A stretch of DNA of 64,000 nucleotides. Origin: Rickettsiales bacterium (GTDB taxonomy: Bacteria > Pseudomonadota > Alphaproteobacteria > Rickettsiales > UBA1997). The notes beneath the pieces are model-generated. The model was not told the DNA's origin, did not search any database, and saw nothing but the letters and a program-made list of their open reading frames with translations. Location: contig JBLHTM010000001.1 in the NCBI GenBank assembly GCA_047627215.1, forward strand, positions 2,663 to 66,662. The letters are read 5' to 3'. Of the stretch, positions 30,178 through 39,780 are shown piece by piece; within the stretch, counting starts at the first letter, position 1, and each line of letters opens with the position of its first letter. Position numbers and translations under genes: made by a program.

Positions 30178-30725
30178 TGAAGTATTTTTTTGAGTTTTTT
30201 GAGGGTAATTTCTCTTTTTAGTTTCGATAAATGATCAACGAAAGTTATTCCGTTCAAATGATCAATTTCGTGTTGAACACAAGTTGCAAGAAGGTCATCA
30301 GCTTCCAATGTTTGCTCTTTTCCATTAGCATCAAAATATTTAACCTTAACCATTTTCGGCCTCACAACATCAGCCCTAACCTCAGGAAATGACAAACACC
30401 CTTCGTGGTAAGTGATTTTTTCTTTTGAAACACTAACAATTTCAGGGTTAATCAAAAATATCGGCTTTTGACCACTAAAATGATCGTGGCCGTGGCTGTG
30501 ATCATGTTGTTCGTTGCAATCTTCAATTTTGTAATTTATATCCATCACTACAATTCGCTTCAAAACTCCGATTTGAACAGCTGCTAAACCAACTCCTCGA
30601 TCAGCATACATTGTTTCCAGCATATCATCCATCAATTTTTTCAAATCATCGTCGAATTTTTCAACTGGTTTTGAGGTTTCTTTTAGGAGTTTATTAGGAA
30701 AGATTAAAATCGGTAGAATAGTCAT
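30174..30725 (-). CDS. def: peptide deformylase (with a His-rich loop insertion)
   Basis: 183 aa. GVGLAAVQIG, EGCLSFP, HEIDHLNG motifs. Insertion NEQHDHSHGHDHFSGQ lies between motifs 1 and 2. Confidence 0.93.
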   Translation of the reverse strand: MTILPILIFPNKLLKETSKPVEKFDDDLKKLMDDMLETMYADRGVGLAAVQIGVLKRIVVMDINYKIEDCNEQHDHSHGHDHFSGQKPIFLINPEIVSVSKEKITYHEGCLSFPEVRADVVRPKMVKVKYFDANGKEQTLEADDLLATCVQHEIDHLNGITFVDHLSKLKREITLKKLKKILQ

Positions 30726-30726
30726 T

Positions 30727-31311
30727 TTATTTTAGGATTGTTTGACAAATTTTAAACAAAGAAGCTGGATAAATTACATGCTCTTGTTTTAAAATTCTAG
30801 CTGCTAATGTTTCCTTAGTGTCATTTTTAAGAACCTCAACTTCAGCCTGCATGATAATTTCTCCACAATCCATTTGCTCGCTAACAAAATGAGTTGTGCA
30901 GCCAGATTTACTAGCGCCAGAATTCAGAGCATCTTCCACCGCATTAGCGCCTTTAAAATTTGGTAAAAAAGAGGGGTGAATATTGATCATACGACCTTGA
31001 TATTTTTGCACAAACCAACCAGAAACCAAGCGCATGAAACCTGCTAAACAAATAATATGACATTCATTTTCATCAATAATTTTTGATACCCTATGATCAA
31101 ATTCTTCGCGAGAGGAAAAATCTTTGTGATTAATAAAAGCAGTTTTAATGCCCATTTTATTAGCAAATTTCAACCCTACAGCATTCTCTTTATTAGAAAT
31201 CACCAAAGAAATTTCGGCAGGATATTCAGGATTTTTGGTAGCATTTATTAGATTCCGCATATTTGAACCTCTACCAGAAATTAGAATGGCTGTCTTTATT
31301 TTGTTGTTCAT
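30727..31311 (-). CDS. purN: phosphoribosylglycinamide formyltransferase
   Basis: 194 aa. ILISGRGSN, INIHPSFLP, and the C-terminal formyltransferase core. Confidence 0.93.
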   Translation of the reverse strand: MNNKIKTAILISGRGSNMRNLINATKNPEYPAEISLVISNKENAVGLKFANKMGIKTAFINHKDFSSREEFDHRVSKIIDENECHIICLAGFMRLVSGWFVQKYQGRMINIHPSFLPNFKGANAVEDALNSGASKSGCTTHFVSEQMDCGEIIMQAEVEVLKNDTKETLAARILKQEHVIYPASLFKICQTILK

Positions 31312-31614
31312 TTCGAAGTTTTTTGGATAAAAATTTTAATTCTTAACATTCTTCCTCCAATAGGTCAAAGAGAAACTAAAAAATAAAAACTTAAATATAG
31401 TTTTTAACTTAGATTCAAAAATAACATAAATATCTATATTTACGAAATATATGTTGCTGATGTATTTTTTCCAAAAATAGATGATTATTCAAATTATCCC
31501 TAACAAATTGCTGATGGATAATTTTATTTAAATCAACTATTGCTGGGTAGCTGAATGGAGTTAGTTTTAGGAAAATAAATTTGCAGTAATTTTATCACAA
31601 TCATCAAAATAACA

Positions 31615-32946
31615 ATGTCTAATTTACTCTCAAACAATAAATATCAACCCCTAGCCGATGCTCTTCGACCAGATTCTTTTGCCGATGTGGTTGGGCAAGA
31701 TCATCTTTTTGGAAATGAAGGAATTTTATCAAGAATTGAAAAATCAGATAAAATTCCGTCTCTAATTTTGTGGGGTTCAGCAGGATGTGGCAAAACCACA
31801 ATTGCCAAAATTGTGGCGGCAAATAGCAAGATACCCAGCACAATAATTTCTGCTACCAATAGTGGGGTTGCTGATTTGCGTAAAGTTTTTGAAGTTGCAA
31901 CAAGATGTAAAAAAGACGGTCTTTCGACAGTTCTGATTGTTGATGAAATTCATCGCTTCAACCGCGCGCAACAAGATTTGTTTTTACCTTTGATTGAAGA
32001 TGGAACAATAATTCTCATCGCTGCCACCACTGAAAATCCTTCTTTTGAACTAAACTCTGCCTTGCTTTCAAGATGCCGAATTGTTGAATTCAAAACTCTC
32101 GATGAGGCGGCGATGAAAATTATGATTCAAAAAGCAGAAAAATATTTGGATAAAAAATTGCTACTTAGCGATGAAGCCGAAAATCACCTAATCGCAATGG
32201 CAGCAGGAGATGGCAGATATTTTTTGAATATGTGTGAGGAATTATTTGTTTTTTCGGGACATGAATCAACAAGTTCAAAAAAAAACCCATCTGGCGTCAT
32301 CAACAAAGAAACATTACTAAAATTGGTTGCAAAACGCAGCGCCAATTACGACAAAAATCGCGATGGTCACTACAATTTGATCAGCGCACTACACAAATCA
32401 ATGCGCGGATCAGACGCCGATGCCTCCTTGTATTATTTAGCAAGAATGATGTCGGCCGGGGAAGATCCACACTATTTACTACGCAGAATTGTCAGATTCG
32501 CTTCTGAGGATATTGGAATGGCAGATCCAAATGCCTTGATTCAAGCTCTTGCCGCCAAAGATTCTTACGATTTTCTAGGAAGTCCAGAGGGAGATTACGC
32601 AATTGCCAATGCGGCTATCTATTGCGCTACTGCACCAAAATCAAATTCTTGCTACGTGGCATACAAGGCAGCATTGATTGACGCCAAGAATTTCAACTCA
32701 TTAATGCCCCCAAAGAACATTTTGAATTCTCCAACCAAAATGATGAAGGATTTAGATTACGGAAAAGACTACATTTATGACCATGACACTAAAAATACTT
32801 TTTCTGGCCAAGAATATTTTCCCGATGAAATTTTGATAAAAAGACCACGCCCAAAATATTACTCACCAAATAAAAAGGGGTTTGAAAGAGAGATTGTCAA
32901 AAGATTAGATTATTGGAGAAAGTTGAAAAATGAGCAGGTAAATTAA
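31615..32946 (+). CDS. rarA: replication-associated recombination protein A (MgsA/RarA AAA+ ATPase)
   Basis: 443 aa. LADALRPDSFADVVGQDHL, Walker A GSAGCGKTT, VDEIHRFN, C-terminal MgsA domain (HYNLISALHKSMRGSD). Confidence 0.93.
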   Translation: MSNLLSNNKYQPLADALRPDSFADVVGQDHLFGNEGILSRIEKSDKIPSLILWGSAGCGKTTIAKIVAANSKIPSTIISATNSGVADLRKVFEVATRCKKDGLSTVLIVDEIHRFNRAQQDLFLPLIEDGTIILIAATTENPSFELNSALLSRCRIVEFKTLDEAAMKIMIQKAEKYLDKKLLLSDEAENHLIAMAAGDGRYFLNMCEELFVFSGHESTSSKKNPSGVINKETLLKLVAKRSANYDKNRDGHYNLISALHKSMRGSDADASLYYLARMMSAGEDPHYLLRRIVRFASEDIGMADPNALIQALAAKDSYDFLGSPEGDYAIANAAIYCATAPKSNSCYVAYKAALIDAKNFNSLMPPKNILNSPTKMMKDLDYGKDYIYDHDTKNTFSGQEYFPDEILIKRPRPKYYSPNKKGFEREIVKRLDYWRKLKNEQVN

Positions 32947-33081
32947 TTACCGTCATGACGGACATAGAGTTTTTTATGTAGCTTTGCTGCCTTAGAAAAA
33001 TTGATCCGGTACCTCAATGAGGAAAAATATCTGTCTATAATTCTTGATTCATCTATTCTTTTAAAAGATCTTCGATCCTGA

Positions 33082-33119
33082 CTTAATAATATCCTCACTT
33101 TCGCGAGGATATTATTAAG
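33082..33119. terminator. 15-bp perfect hairpin between convergent rarA and thiE (no U-tract)
   Basis: cttaataatatcctc - actttcgc - gaggatattattaag, read directly from the sequence. Confidence 0.35.
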
Positions 33120-33171
33120 TGGATAATTCATTTACCCACTAATTTTGGAAAAGATCAAAAAAAGCAGTAAA

Positions 33172-33774
33172 TTACTTCTCACTAAGCCTATCAATAGCCC
33201 ACTCAACCCCGTTCTCATTACTCCAAATAAAAGAAATAACAGCAATAAAATCAGCTTTAGAAAGCTGGCTAAAATTTTGATCATCAATTCCACCAATTGC
33301 AACTGATTGCACTGGCAAAATTTCGTCACACCAATCTAAAATTTCTGGAGTTGGACTTCCTTTTGAATTTTTAGTTTTACTTGCAAAAAAAGTTCCAAAA
33401 GAAACATAATCGGCTCCTGCCTCAACCGCTTCTGCAGCCAAATGTTTGGAATCGTAGCAGCTAGTACCAATAATAAAATTTTCTGGAGAATCTTTTCTAA
33501 TTTGAGCAATATTGCCATCGTCAGATCCCAAATGAACTCCGTCAGCTCCAATTTCCAAAGCTAGATCAAATCTGTCATTAATGATGAAAGGGACGCTATT
33601 TTTACGGCAAATATCTTTGGATTTTTTGGCAATTTTTAGCAAATCTTCATTAGAATAGCCTTTAATCCTAAGCTGAAAAACTGAAATTTTTTTAGTTTTG
33701 AGCGCCAAATCAAGGTTAATAAGAAAATTTTCTAAATCAATTTGAGGCGGGCTAATTAAATATATTTTACTCAT
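33172..33774 (-). CDS. thiE: thiamine-phosphate synthase
   Basis: 200 aa. [15 protein letters not shown] and VAIGGI motifs. ATGA overlap with the ftsZ stop. Confidence 0.88.
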   Translation of the reverse strand: MSKIYLISPPQIDLENFLINLDLALKTKKISVFQLRIKGYSNEDLLKIAKKSKDICRKNSVPFIINDRFDLALEIGADGVHLGSDDGNIAQIRKDSPENFIIGTSCYDSKHLAAEAVEAGADYVSFGTFFASKTKNSKGSPTPEILDWCDEILPVQSVAIGGIDDQNFSQLSKADFIAVISFIWSNENGVEWAIDRLSEK

Positions 33775-35405
33775 TTTTTACGTCTGAAAAAAGCTGGAAC
33801 ATTAAGTATGTCATCTTGATCCTCAAGATGATCATTTTTTTGATCCATGTTAATATTAACAACAATTTCATCATCGTCGTCATCCATTGTTAAATCTTTG
33901 TTAGATTTGAATTCTTCGGGTTTTTTGGTTGATTCTTCAGAATTTTTTGAACCTTTATTCATGAATCCAAATAAGCTAAAACCTTCTTTTTTAGCAAAGT
34001 CTTTTTTGGACTTCTTTTTGATCGGAATTTGAATTTCCCCTCTTTCTTCCGCAATTTCTTTCCTGGTTGGAATTCCGTTATTTTCCTCTGTTGGAGCAAA
34101 AAGATTGTCGTTTTGAACTTTATTTTCCTTTTCAATTTCATGCCTTTCATGTTCAGCAAAATCGTTTTGATAAACTTTTTGAGGAGTAGTTTCTTCTTCT
34201 GGATGACTGTCGGAACTGATTTCTGCTTTGGAATAAAAATGATCTTCAGAAGTGTGAATAATTTCTTGCAAAGGAACCCTAATCTTTCCCGGATCAAAAT
34301 AATCATCTTCATTTTCACTTATTGCTCTAGAATTTTTCTGATCGCCACCATTGCGCAAATCATCATTAGATATTGGTGGGTTTGATGAATTAAGTTTTGG
34401 CCTAACAAAATCGCTAGCATAGTCTGAATCGCAAAACTCATCCTCGTCAATTCCTGTTGCCACAACTGAAATTCTAATACTACCCTCCATATCTTTATTG
34501 AAAGCGGATCCAAAAATGATATTAGCATTGGCATCAACTTCTTTTTTGATGGTATTAACCGCCAAATCCGCCTCAAATAATGTCATATCAGGACCTCCGG
34601 TCATGTTGACCAAAACTCCTTTGGCACCACGAATTGAAATGTCATCTAAAAGTGGATTGGAAATCGCCTCTTCACACGCGATAACTGCCCGGTTTTCACC
34701 GCTCGCTTCTCCCGTCCCCATCAAAGCTTTTCCGCTTTTGGTCATGATGGTTCGAATGTCAGCAAAATCAAGATTTACCAAACCTGGCATAGTGATCAAG
34801 TCCGTAACGCCACGAACGCCAGCATGGAGAACATTGTCCGCCATTTTGAAAGCTGATTCGAAAGTGGTTTGCTCATTAGCAATTCTAAATAAATTCTGAT
34901 TAGGAATGATGATCAATGTATCGACACATTTTTTAAGATCTTCAATTCCTTGTTCCGCAGCTTCCATGCGATATTTTCCTTCAAATTGAAAAGGCTTAGT
35001 GACAACTCCGACAGTCAAAATATCTCTTTCACGAGCAAGCTTAGCAATAACAGGAGCAGCTCCGGTTCCGGTTCCTCCACCCATTCCGGCAGTGATAAAA
35101 ACCATATTATTACCATCTAGAAATTTGATAATCTCCTCAATATTTTCTTCTGCAGCAGCCCTACCTCTGTCTGGAAATGATCCAGCTCCAAGACCTTTGG
35201 TGATTTCAACTCCAAGCTGAATACGATTAGCAGCAAGTGAATTGGCCAAAGATTGAGCATCAGTATTGGCGGCGATGAATTCTACACCCTCAAGATTTGA
35301 ACGAATCATATTATTCAGGGCATTCCCCCCTGCTCCACCAACTCCAAAAATTGAAATTTTTGGCTTGAGTAAAACTGGCTCAGGAACATTGATTTTTAAT
35401 GTCAT
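33771..35405 (-). CDS. ftsZ: cell division protein FtsZ with a long disordered linker
   Basis: 544 aa. [13 protein letters not shown] and [13 protein letters not shown] tubulin motifs. About 200 aa of acidic low-complexity linker. C-terminal conserved peptide [13 protein letters not shown]. Confidence 0.97.
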   Translation of the reverse strand: MTLKINVPEPVLLKPKISIFGVGGAGGNALNNMIRSNLEGVEFIAANTDAQSLANSLAANRIQLGVEITKGLGAGSFPDRGRAAAEENIEEIIKFLDGNNMVFITAGMGGGTGTGAAPVIAKLARERDILTVGVVTKPFQFEGKYRMEAAEQGIEDLKKCVDTLIIIPNQNLFRIANEQTTFESAFKMADNVLHAGVRGVTDLITMPGLVNLDFADIRTIMTKSGKALMGTGEASGENRAVIACEEAISNPLLDDISIRGAKGVLVNMTGGPDMTLFEADLAVNTIKKEVDANANIIFGSAFNKDMEGSIRISVVATGIDEDEFCDSDYASDFVRPKLNSSNPPISNDDLRNGGDQKNSRAISENEDDYFDPGKIRVPLQEIIHTSEDHFYSKAEISSDSHPEEETTPQKVYQNDFAEHERHEIEKENKVQNDNLFAPTEENNGIPTRKEIAEERGEIQIPIKKKSKKDFAKKEGFSLFGFMNKGSKNSEESTKKPEEFKSNKDLTMDDDDDEIVVNINMDQKNDHLEDQDDILNVPAFFRRKK

Positions 35406-35665
35406 TTTTAATTGATTTGGCGTTGCTAGAAATGAAGTCGAGAGAATGGCAAATTCGTTCTAATTATTCAAGGAAAGTTATCTACTGTTTTAAAATAAAT
35501 AAAATAGACTTTTTTGACCAAATTTTGGCACCATTTTTAATAATCTGCCCACATGTCAATAATCCATTAGCATTTTAATTAACCAAACCTAATCTTCCTA
35601 ACCCTGAAGATTGTAAACGAAAGTACACAACCTTCCTTAAAACAAGTCATTAAAATTAGCTAGAG

Positions 35666-36271
35666 ATGTTAGATATTGATCAAATAGCAGATAATCTGGC
35701 GATCAAAGGATTCTCTTTTATTCAAAATATTTTTGAAGAAAAATTACTAGAATCACTTCAAAGAGAAGTAAGAATAATCAATCAAAATAAGGATTTTAAA
35801 GAAGCTGGAGTAGGAAGACTCGAAGATCATGTATTAGCAAAAGAAACTCGAAAAGATAAAATTAAATGGCTTGAAGGAGTAACCTTTGCGCAAAAATCTT
35901 TATTTGAAAAATTAGAAAATATTCGCTACGAACTTAACAAGTCTTTGATGCTTGGTTTATTTGATGTTGAGGCGCATTTTGCAATCTACAAAAAAGGGGA
36001 TTTTTACAAACGTCATTCTGATAGTTTTAAAGGTGAAAAAAATCGCCTAATTTCTATGGTGATTTATTTAAACAAAGATTGGCAAGAAGGTGATGGGGGA
36101 ATTTTGAATATCTATGAAAATAAAGAATCTAAAAATCCAAAATTTTCAGTAATTCCAAAGTGGGGAAATGCGATATTATTTCTAAGTGAAGAAACTCCTC
36201 ACGAAGTTTTGGTTTCTCAAAAAACACGATTCAGCATTGCAATTTGGTTTCGCGCCAAACCTTTTATCTAA
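35666..36271 (+). CDS. 2OG-Fe(II) oxygenase family protein (prolyl-4-hydroxylase-like)
   Basis: 201 aa. HSD facial-triad motif (YKRHSDSF), distal His (PHEV), and RFSIAIWF 2OG-binding Arg strand. Confidence 0.75.
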   Translation: MLDIDQIADNLAIKGFSFIQNIFEEKLLESLQREVRIINQNKDFKEAGVGRLEDHVLAKETRKDKIKWLEGVTFAQKSLFEKLENIRYELNKSLMLGLFDVEAHFAIYKKGDFYKRHSDSFKGEKNRLISMVIYLNKDWQEGDGGILNIYENKESKNPKFSVIPKWGNAILFLSEETPHEVLVSQKTRFSIAIWFRAKPFI

Positions 36272-38172
36272 ATTGAAATTTCCGCTGCACTAATGTTTTT
36301 ATTGGCACTTGAAACCGAAGGTCTGCAAAAAATTATTTGCCCCAAATCATTATCCATTTTTTCTTTGAAATAGACCTTTAAAGCATCAATTCTTTTATTG
36401 GCAATCAATAAGGCTTTTTTAGAATCTATTTTGTCTTGATCATTTTTTTGATCTGATTCAAAAAGACTGGCTATTGGACAAATTTTGAATTTGAGATTTC
36501 TATGCTCTGCAAGAAATTGGCTAAAATACTCAAGTCTTATCATAGATTCTTCAGTAATTTGATTGGTTAAAGGAATGAATTTTACGTCTTTAAATCTTGG
36601 CTTAGTAATTGCGTTGTAAGCCTTGTTTGCCAAAAATATTGCATTGGACGGAGAAACGGGAATTGAAGCTAAAATAGTCGGAGCAAATTCAGCCGCCAGT
36701 TTGGTTGCCAGTAACGAACTGGTTTTGGAGACGATAATTGATCCCAACCCCTTTCCAAGAATATTAAATAGGCCAAAATTGGGATCATTTTCACTTCCGT
36801 AAATATCAAATTTAAAATCAATATTTCCATTTTTATCTTTAATAAATGCAAGGGCGGTTTTTAGTGGAATCGATGAATTGTTTTGCAACTCTTCTCCAAA
36901 TTCATTTTTATCATCCAAACTAAGATGGAATAAATTGGCGATAACATCTCCTTTTATTTCTCCATTTTCAGTTTTTGTTTTTGCGTTCAAATTCAATTTT
37001 CCACTAGAAATTTGATAATTTAGACTGGATTGTAAAGCTTCAGAAAATTGTGTTAAATCCAGATTTATTATTTTCAAATCCAATTCTTTTGCGGTTTCAG
37101 ATTTGAAATTTTTAAAATCAATTATCCCCCCATGGGTGAAATTGATTTTACCCTTACTATTAAAAGTTTTTCTATCTTGACTTATTTTAAGATTGTCAAT
37201 TTCTATTTTTGAAAAATCGGACAATTTATTTTCATCAAAGTGATCGTCGAGCTTTGATAATAATAAATTTTTTATCAATATTGAGGATGATTCAAAATTT
37301 ATCGATGGCTCAGATTGGGTTATCTTTAGGTCCTTAACATTCAGTTCTTTAGCAAAATAATTGATGGTTTTTAAATCCCGAGAATAGACAAAAAAATCAT
37401 TTAAAGCCAAATCCATTTTGGAGTTAAAATTTCGACCATCAAATTTCAATAACCCATCTGCTGATAATTTTCCCTGAAAATCACCAATGTTAGTAATATT
37501 ATCATTAAGCATATTTAAAAAGTTCAAATCAAAATCATCAATTTTGAATGTCATTTGCCCCTTGGGATATTCTCCATCAATAGAAACATTTCCTGTCAAA
37601 TAAATTATAGATTGATTGAATTTGAGTTTTCCTTTCAATTTTAAACTTGATTCTTTGGCAATTATCAAATCATCAATTTCTAGATTTTCTACCATCAAAA
37701 GATGATTCTTCAGGGTCAGGATTTCTGAGTTTATAATTTCAATTTTACTAATATAAAATTGCCATTTTTTTTGATTTGGTTTTAAAGAAATTTCTGGATT
37801 AGAAAGTCTTTTGTCATCGATTATTTTCTTAATTAAATCCACATCTAAATCTGATATTTCAGCATTAAGTCCAATTATTGATATTTTTGAAATGTTTATT
37901 TTTCTGTTCTTTAGGTCAGGAATAGAAAGATTTACGTAAAGATTTTCTAAGTAGCTATCTTTAGATAAATTTAAGTTTTTTATTTTCAAAACAAGGCCGA
38001 AAGGTTCAAAACTAATATCTCCAATATCAATTTTAGCTTTCAATTCTTTTTGAACCAAATTCTTGATTGTCGGTGCTAAAAAATAAGGAACCAAATATTT
38101 CATCCCTAAGTAGGATCCCAGAAACAAAATAAATATTGCAATAAGGGTGATTTTCTTTTTCTTGTGTTTCAT
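36268..38172 (-). CDS. DUF748 / AsmA-like membrane-anchored protein
   Basis: 634 aa with an N-terminal TM anchor. YLVPYFLAPTIKNLVQKELKAKIDIGDISFEPFGLVLKIKNLNL resembles the DUF748 N-terminal repeat. Long beta-rich body. The 3' end overlaps the convergent oxygenase gene by 4 nt. Confidence 0.5.
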   Translation of the reverse strand: MKHKKKKITLIAIFILFLGSYLGMKYLVPYFLAPTIKNLVQKELKAKIDIGDISFEPFGLVLKIKNLNLSKDSYLENLYVNLSIPDLKNRKINISKISIIGLNAEISDLDVDLIKKIIDDKRLSNPEISLKPNQKKWQFYISKIEIINSEILTLKNHLLMVENLEIDDLIIAKESSLKLKGKLKFNQSIIYLTGNVSIDGEYPKGQMTFKIDDFDLNFLNMLNDNITNIGDFQGKLSADGLLKFDGRNFNSKMDLALNDFFVYSRDLKTINYFAKELNVKDLKITQSEPSINFESSSILIKNLLLSKLDDHFDENKLSDFSKIEIDNLKISQDRKTFNSKGKINFTHGGIIDFKNFKSETAKELDLKIINLDLTQFSEALQSSLNYQISSGKLNLNAKTKTENGEIKGDVIANLFHLSLDDKNEFGEELQNNSSIPLKTALAFIKDKNGNIDFKFDIYGSENDPNFGLFNILGKGLGSIIVSKTSSLLATKLAAEFAPTILASIPVSPSNAIFLANKAYNAITKPRFKDVKFIPLTNQITEESMIRLEYFSQFLAEHRNLKFKICPIASLFESDQKNDQDKIDSKKALLIANKRIDALKVYFKEKMDNDLGQIIFCRPSVSSANKNISAAEISI

Positions 38173-38189
38173 TAAAATTATTTTTTAGA

Positions 38190-39524
38190 TTACCATATTT
38201 TTTGAATTTCAAAGTTCTTATCTTGATTTTCAATCTCAATCTCACCCTTCCCCTTAACAGCTTTCCATTTTAGAGACAAAGATTCAATTCCATCGTCATT
38301 GAAATAAATGTGAGAAGACGAGACTGTTCCAGACATCAAATTCCAAGTTGGGTCAACATAGATCCAGCGATTATTATGGTGAATAAGATTCCAAGCATGA
38401 CCTTCGAAACCATCATATTCGCCATGAGCAACCCCAACAACAACTAGTGATGGAATTCCGGCGGTGCGAGCGAGAGAATTATAAAGCTTGGCATATTCAG
38501 TGCAAACACCCATTTTATTAATTATTATTTTTTCCAAATTTGGCAGTTTATTAATGTAGGACAAATCGTATTTTATGTAATTGTGAACATAAACTCCTAT
38601 TTTAGCGTAGAGAGGAAAGCCTTTTAAATCATCATCTTGGCTTATATCTTTTAGCATGGCAGATAATAAAAATTTATCTGAATCGCTAATTTGTAAATAA
38701 TCGGACGGATTTCTGTGAATATTTGAACGATTATCATTTCCGGTTTTGATTTGGGATGTAATTTGCAGGAAAATATTTTTATTTTCCAAATTACCAAACC
38801 CGAGGACACTTTTACCTTCGTTGGTTTTTATTTTGGTTGCCGGATTGGAGGTTATTTGATAGCCATATTTTTGCTGTCCACTATTTGAAAAATAATTAGG
38901 AATAGACATTTCTAGTGAATTAATTTTCCCAGTAGCGCGAATAGAGTTTTTAATTTTCACATTCCAAGAATTTCGAGAATTGGTCAATTTAACAATTTCC
39001 GAAATTCCTTTAGGCGGGACAATACCTTTATAAACAAACTTTTTATTAAATTCCTTAATATTTTTATTCAAAGTGGCTGAGGTCAAGGACCAAGGATAAT
39101 AAACTTCAACTTGTGCAAAAGCCCCACTAGTAAAAGAAGGAACACGTATTATTTCACTCCTTAAATATTGGTGAATTTTTCCATATTTTTCAATATATGC
39201 AAAATTAATTACCAATTCATCATTATTAGATTTTTTGCGCGGGAATGAGATTTTTAGGTGATTATTTTGAAAGGAATTTTTAGTTTTTTGATTGTCTATC
39301 AAGACTCCCTTGATCTTTATTTTCTGTCTTGGGTCAAAAGAAATTTCAAATCCATTGTGATATTGATTCTTGGCAAGGTCAGTGATTCTTGCTTTTATTC
39401 TCACATTGGATTCCTTGCCATTTTTAGTGAGAATTATTTTCTCATCCCAATTGGTGATTTGGATTTCAGCTTGCACTGAGAATGGAAATAAGATTAATAA
39501 AATGATTGATATTTTAAACATCAA
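38190..39524 (-). CDS. exported transglutaminase-like (Cys-His-Asp) protein
   Basis: 444 aa. Signal peptide MMFKISIILLILFPFSVQA. Core MGVCTEYAKLYNSLARTAGIP...GHAWNLIH...YVDPTW matches the transglutaminase-like catalytic triad spacing. Confidence 0.75.
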   Translation of the reverse strand: MMFKISIILLILFPFSVQAEIQITNWDEKIILTKNGKESNVRIKARITDLAKNQYHNGFEISFDPRQKIKIKGVLIDNQKTKNSFQNNHLKISFPRKKSNNDELVINFAYIEKYGKIHQYLRSEIIRVPSFTSGAFAQVEVYYPWSLTSATLNKNIKEFNKKFVYKGIVPPKGISEIVKLTNSRNSWNVKIKNSIRATGKINSLEMSIPNYFSNSGQQKYGYQITSNPATKIKTNEGKSVLGFGNLENKNIFLQITSQIKTGNDNRSNIHRNPSDYLQISDSDKFLLSAMLKDISQDDDLKGFPLYAKIGVYVHNYIKYDLSYINKLPNLEKIIINKMGVCTEYAKLYNSLARTAGIPSLVVVGVAHGEYDGFEGHAWNLIHHNNRWIYVDPTWNLMSGTVSSSHIYFNDDGIESLSLKWKAVKGKGEIEIENQDKNFEIQKIW

Positions 39525-39613
39525 GGAATGTAAATTTGATTAGATTGCACTTGATTAAAATATCACATTTTTTATTAAAATGAAACGAAAGGTTCAAAGA
39601 TAAAAAAACAATT

Positions 39614-39774
39614 ATACCAATTATCACAGTTAGATGTACATTTAGGCAAAATATTTTTGAGTATAAAATTGGGAAAAAAAATCTTCTGTATCATGGCATA
39701 TAGAAGATATTTCTTCCCAATTTTAGACCAAAAAGATGAAGCATAAATGTACAGATAACTGTGATGATTGGTAT
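39614..39774. repeat. 161-bp imperfect palindromic element, copy 2 (same family as 24493-24654)
   Basis: Outer 31-nt arms (39614-39644 / 39744-39774) are complementary at 28 of 31 positions. The inner stem (39669-39687 / 39702-39720) has a 14-nt loop. Same termini ATACCAA...TTGGTAT. It starts 6 nt after the autotransporter stop. Confidence 0.7.
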
Positions 39775-39780
39775 TATTCA

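Noticed and set aside
32943-33131. 62-aa minus-strand ORF in the rarA-thiE spacer
   Set aside because: It spans the 15-bp hairpin and the post-rarA palindrome. The product is basic and low-complexity, and there is no upstream gene context. It is most likely non-coding.
34498-35220. Plus-strand ORFs (133 aa and 73 aa) inside ftsZ, and similar shadow ORFs inside pnp (25094-25472, 26255-26843), radA (55211-55507, 56126-56536), sdhA (61517-62861), purL (11086-11637) and lolD/carD (13838-14281)
   Set aside because: All are antisense or out of frame relative to strongly supported conserved genes and show no motifs. They are typical shadow ORFs.
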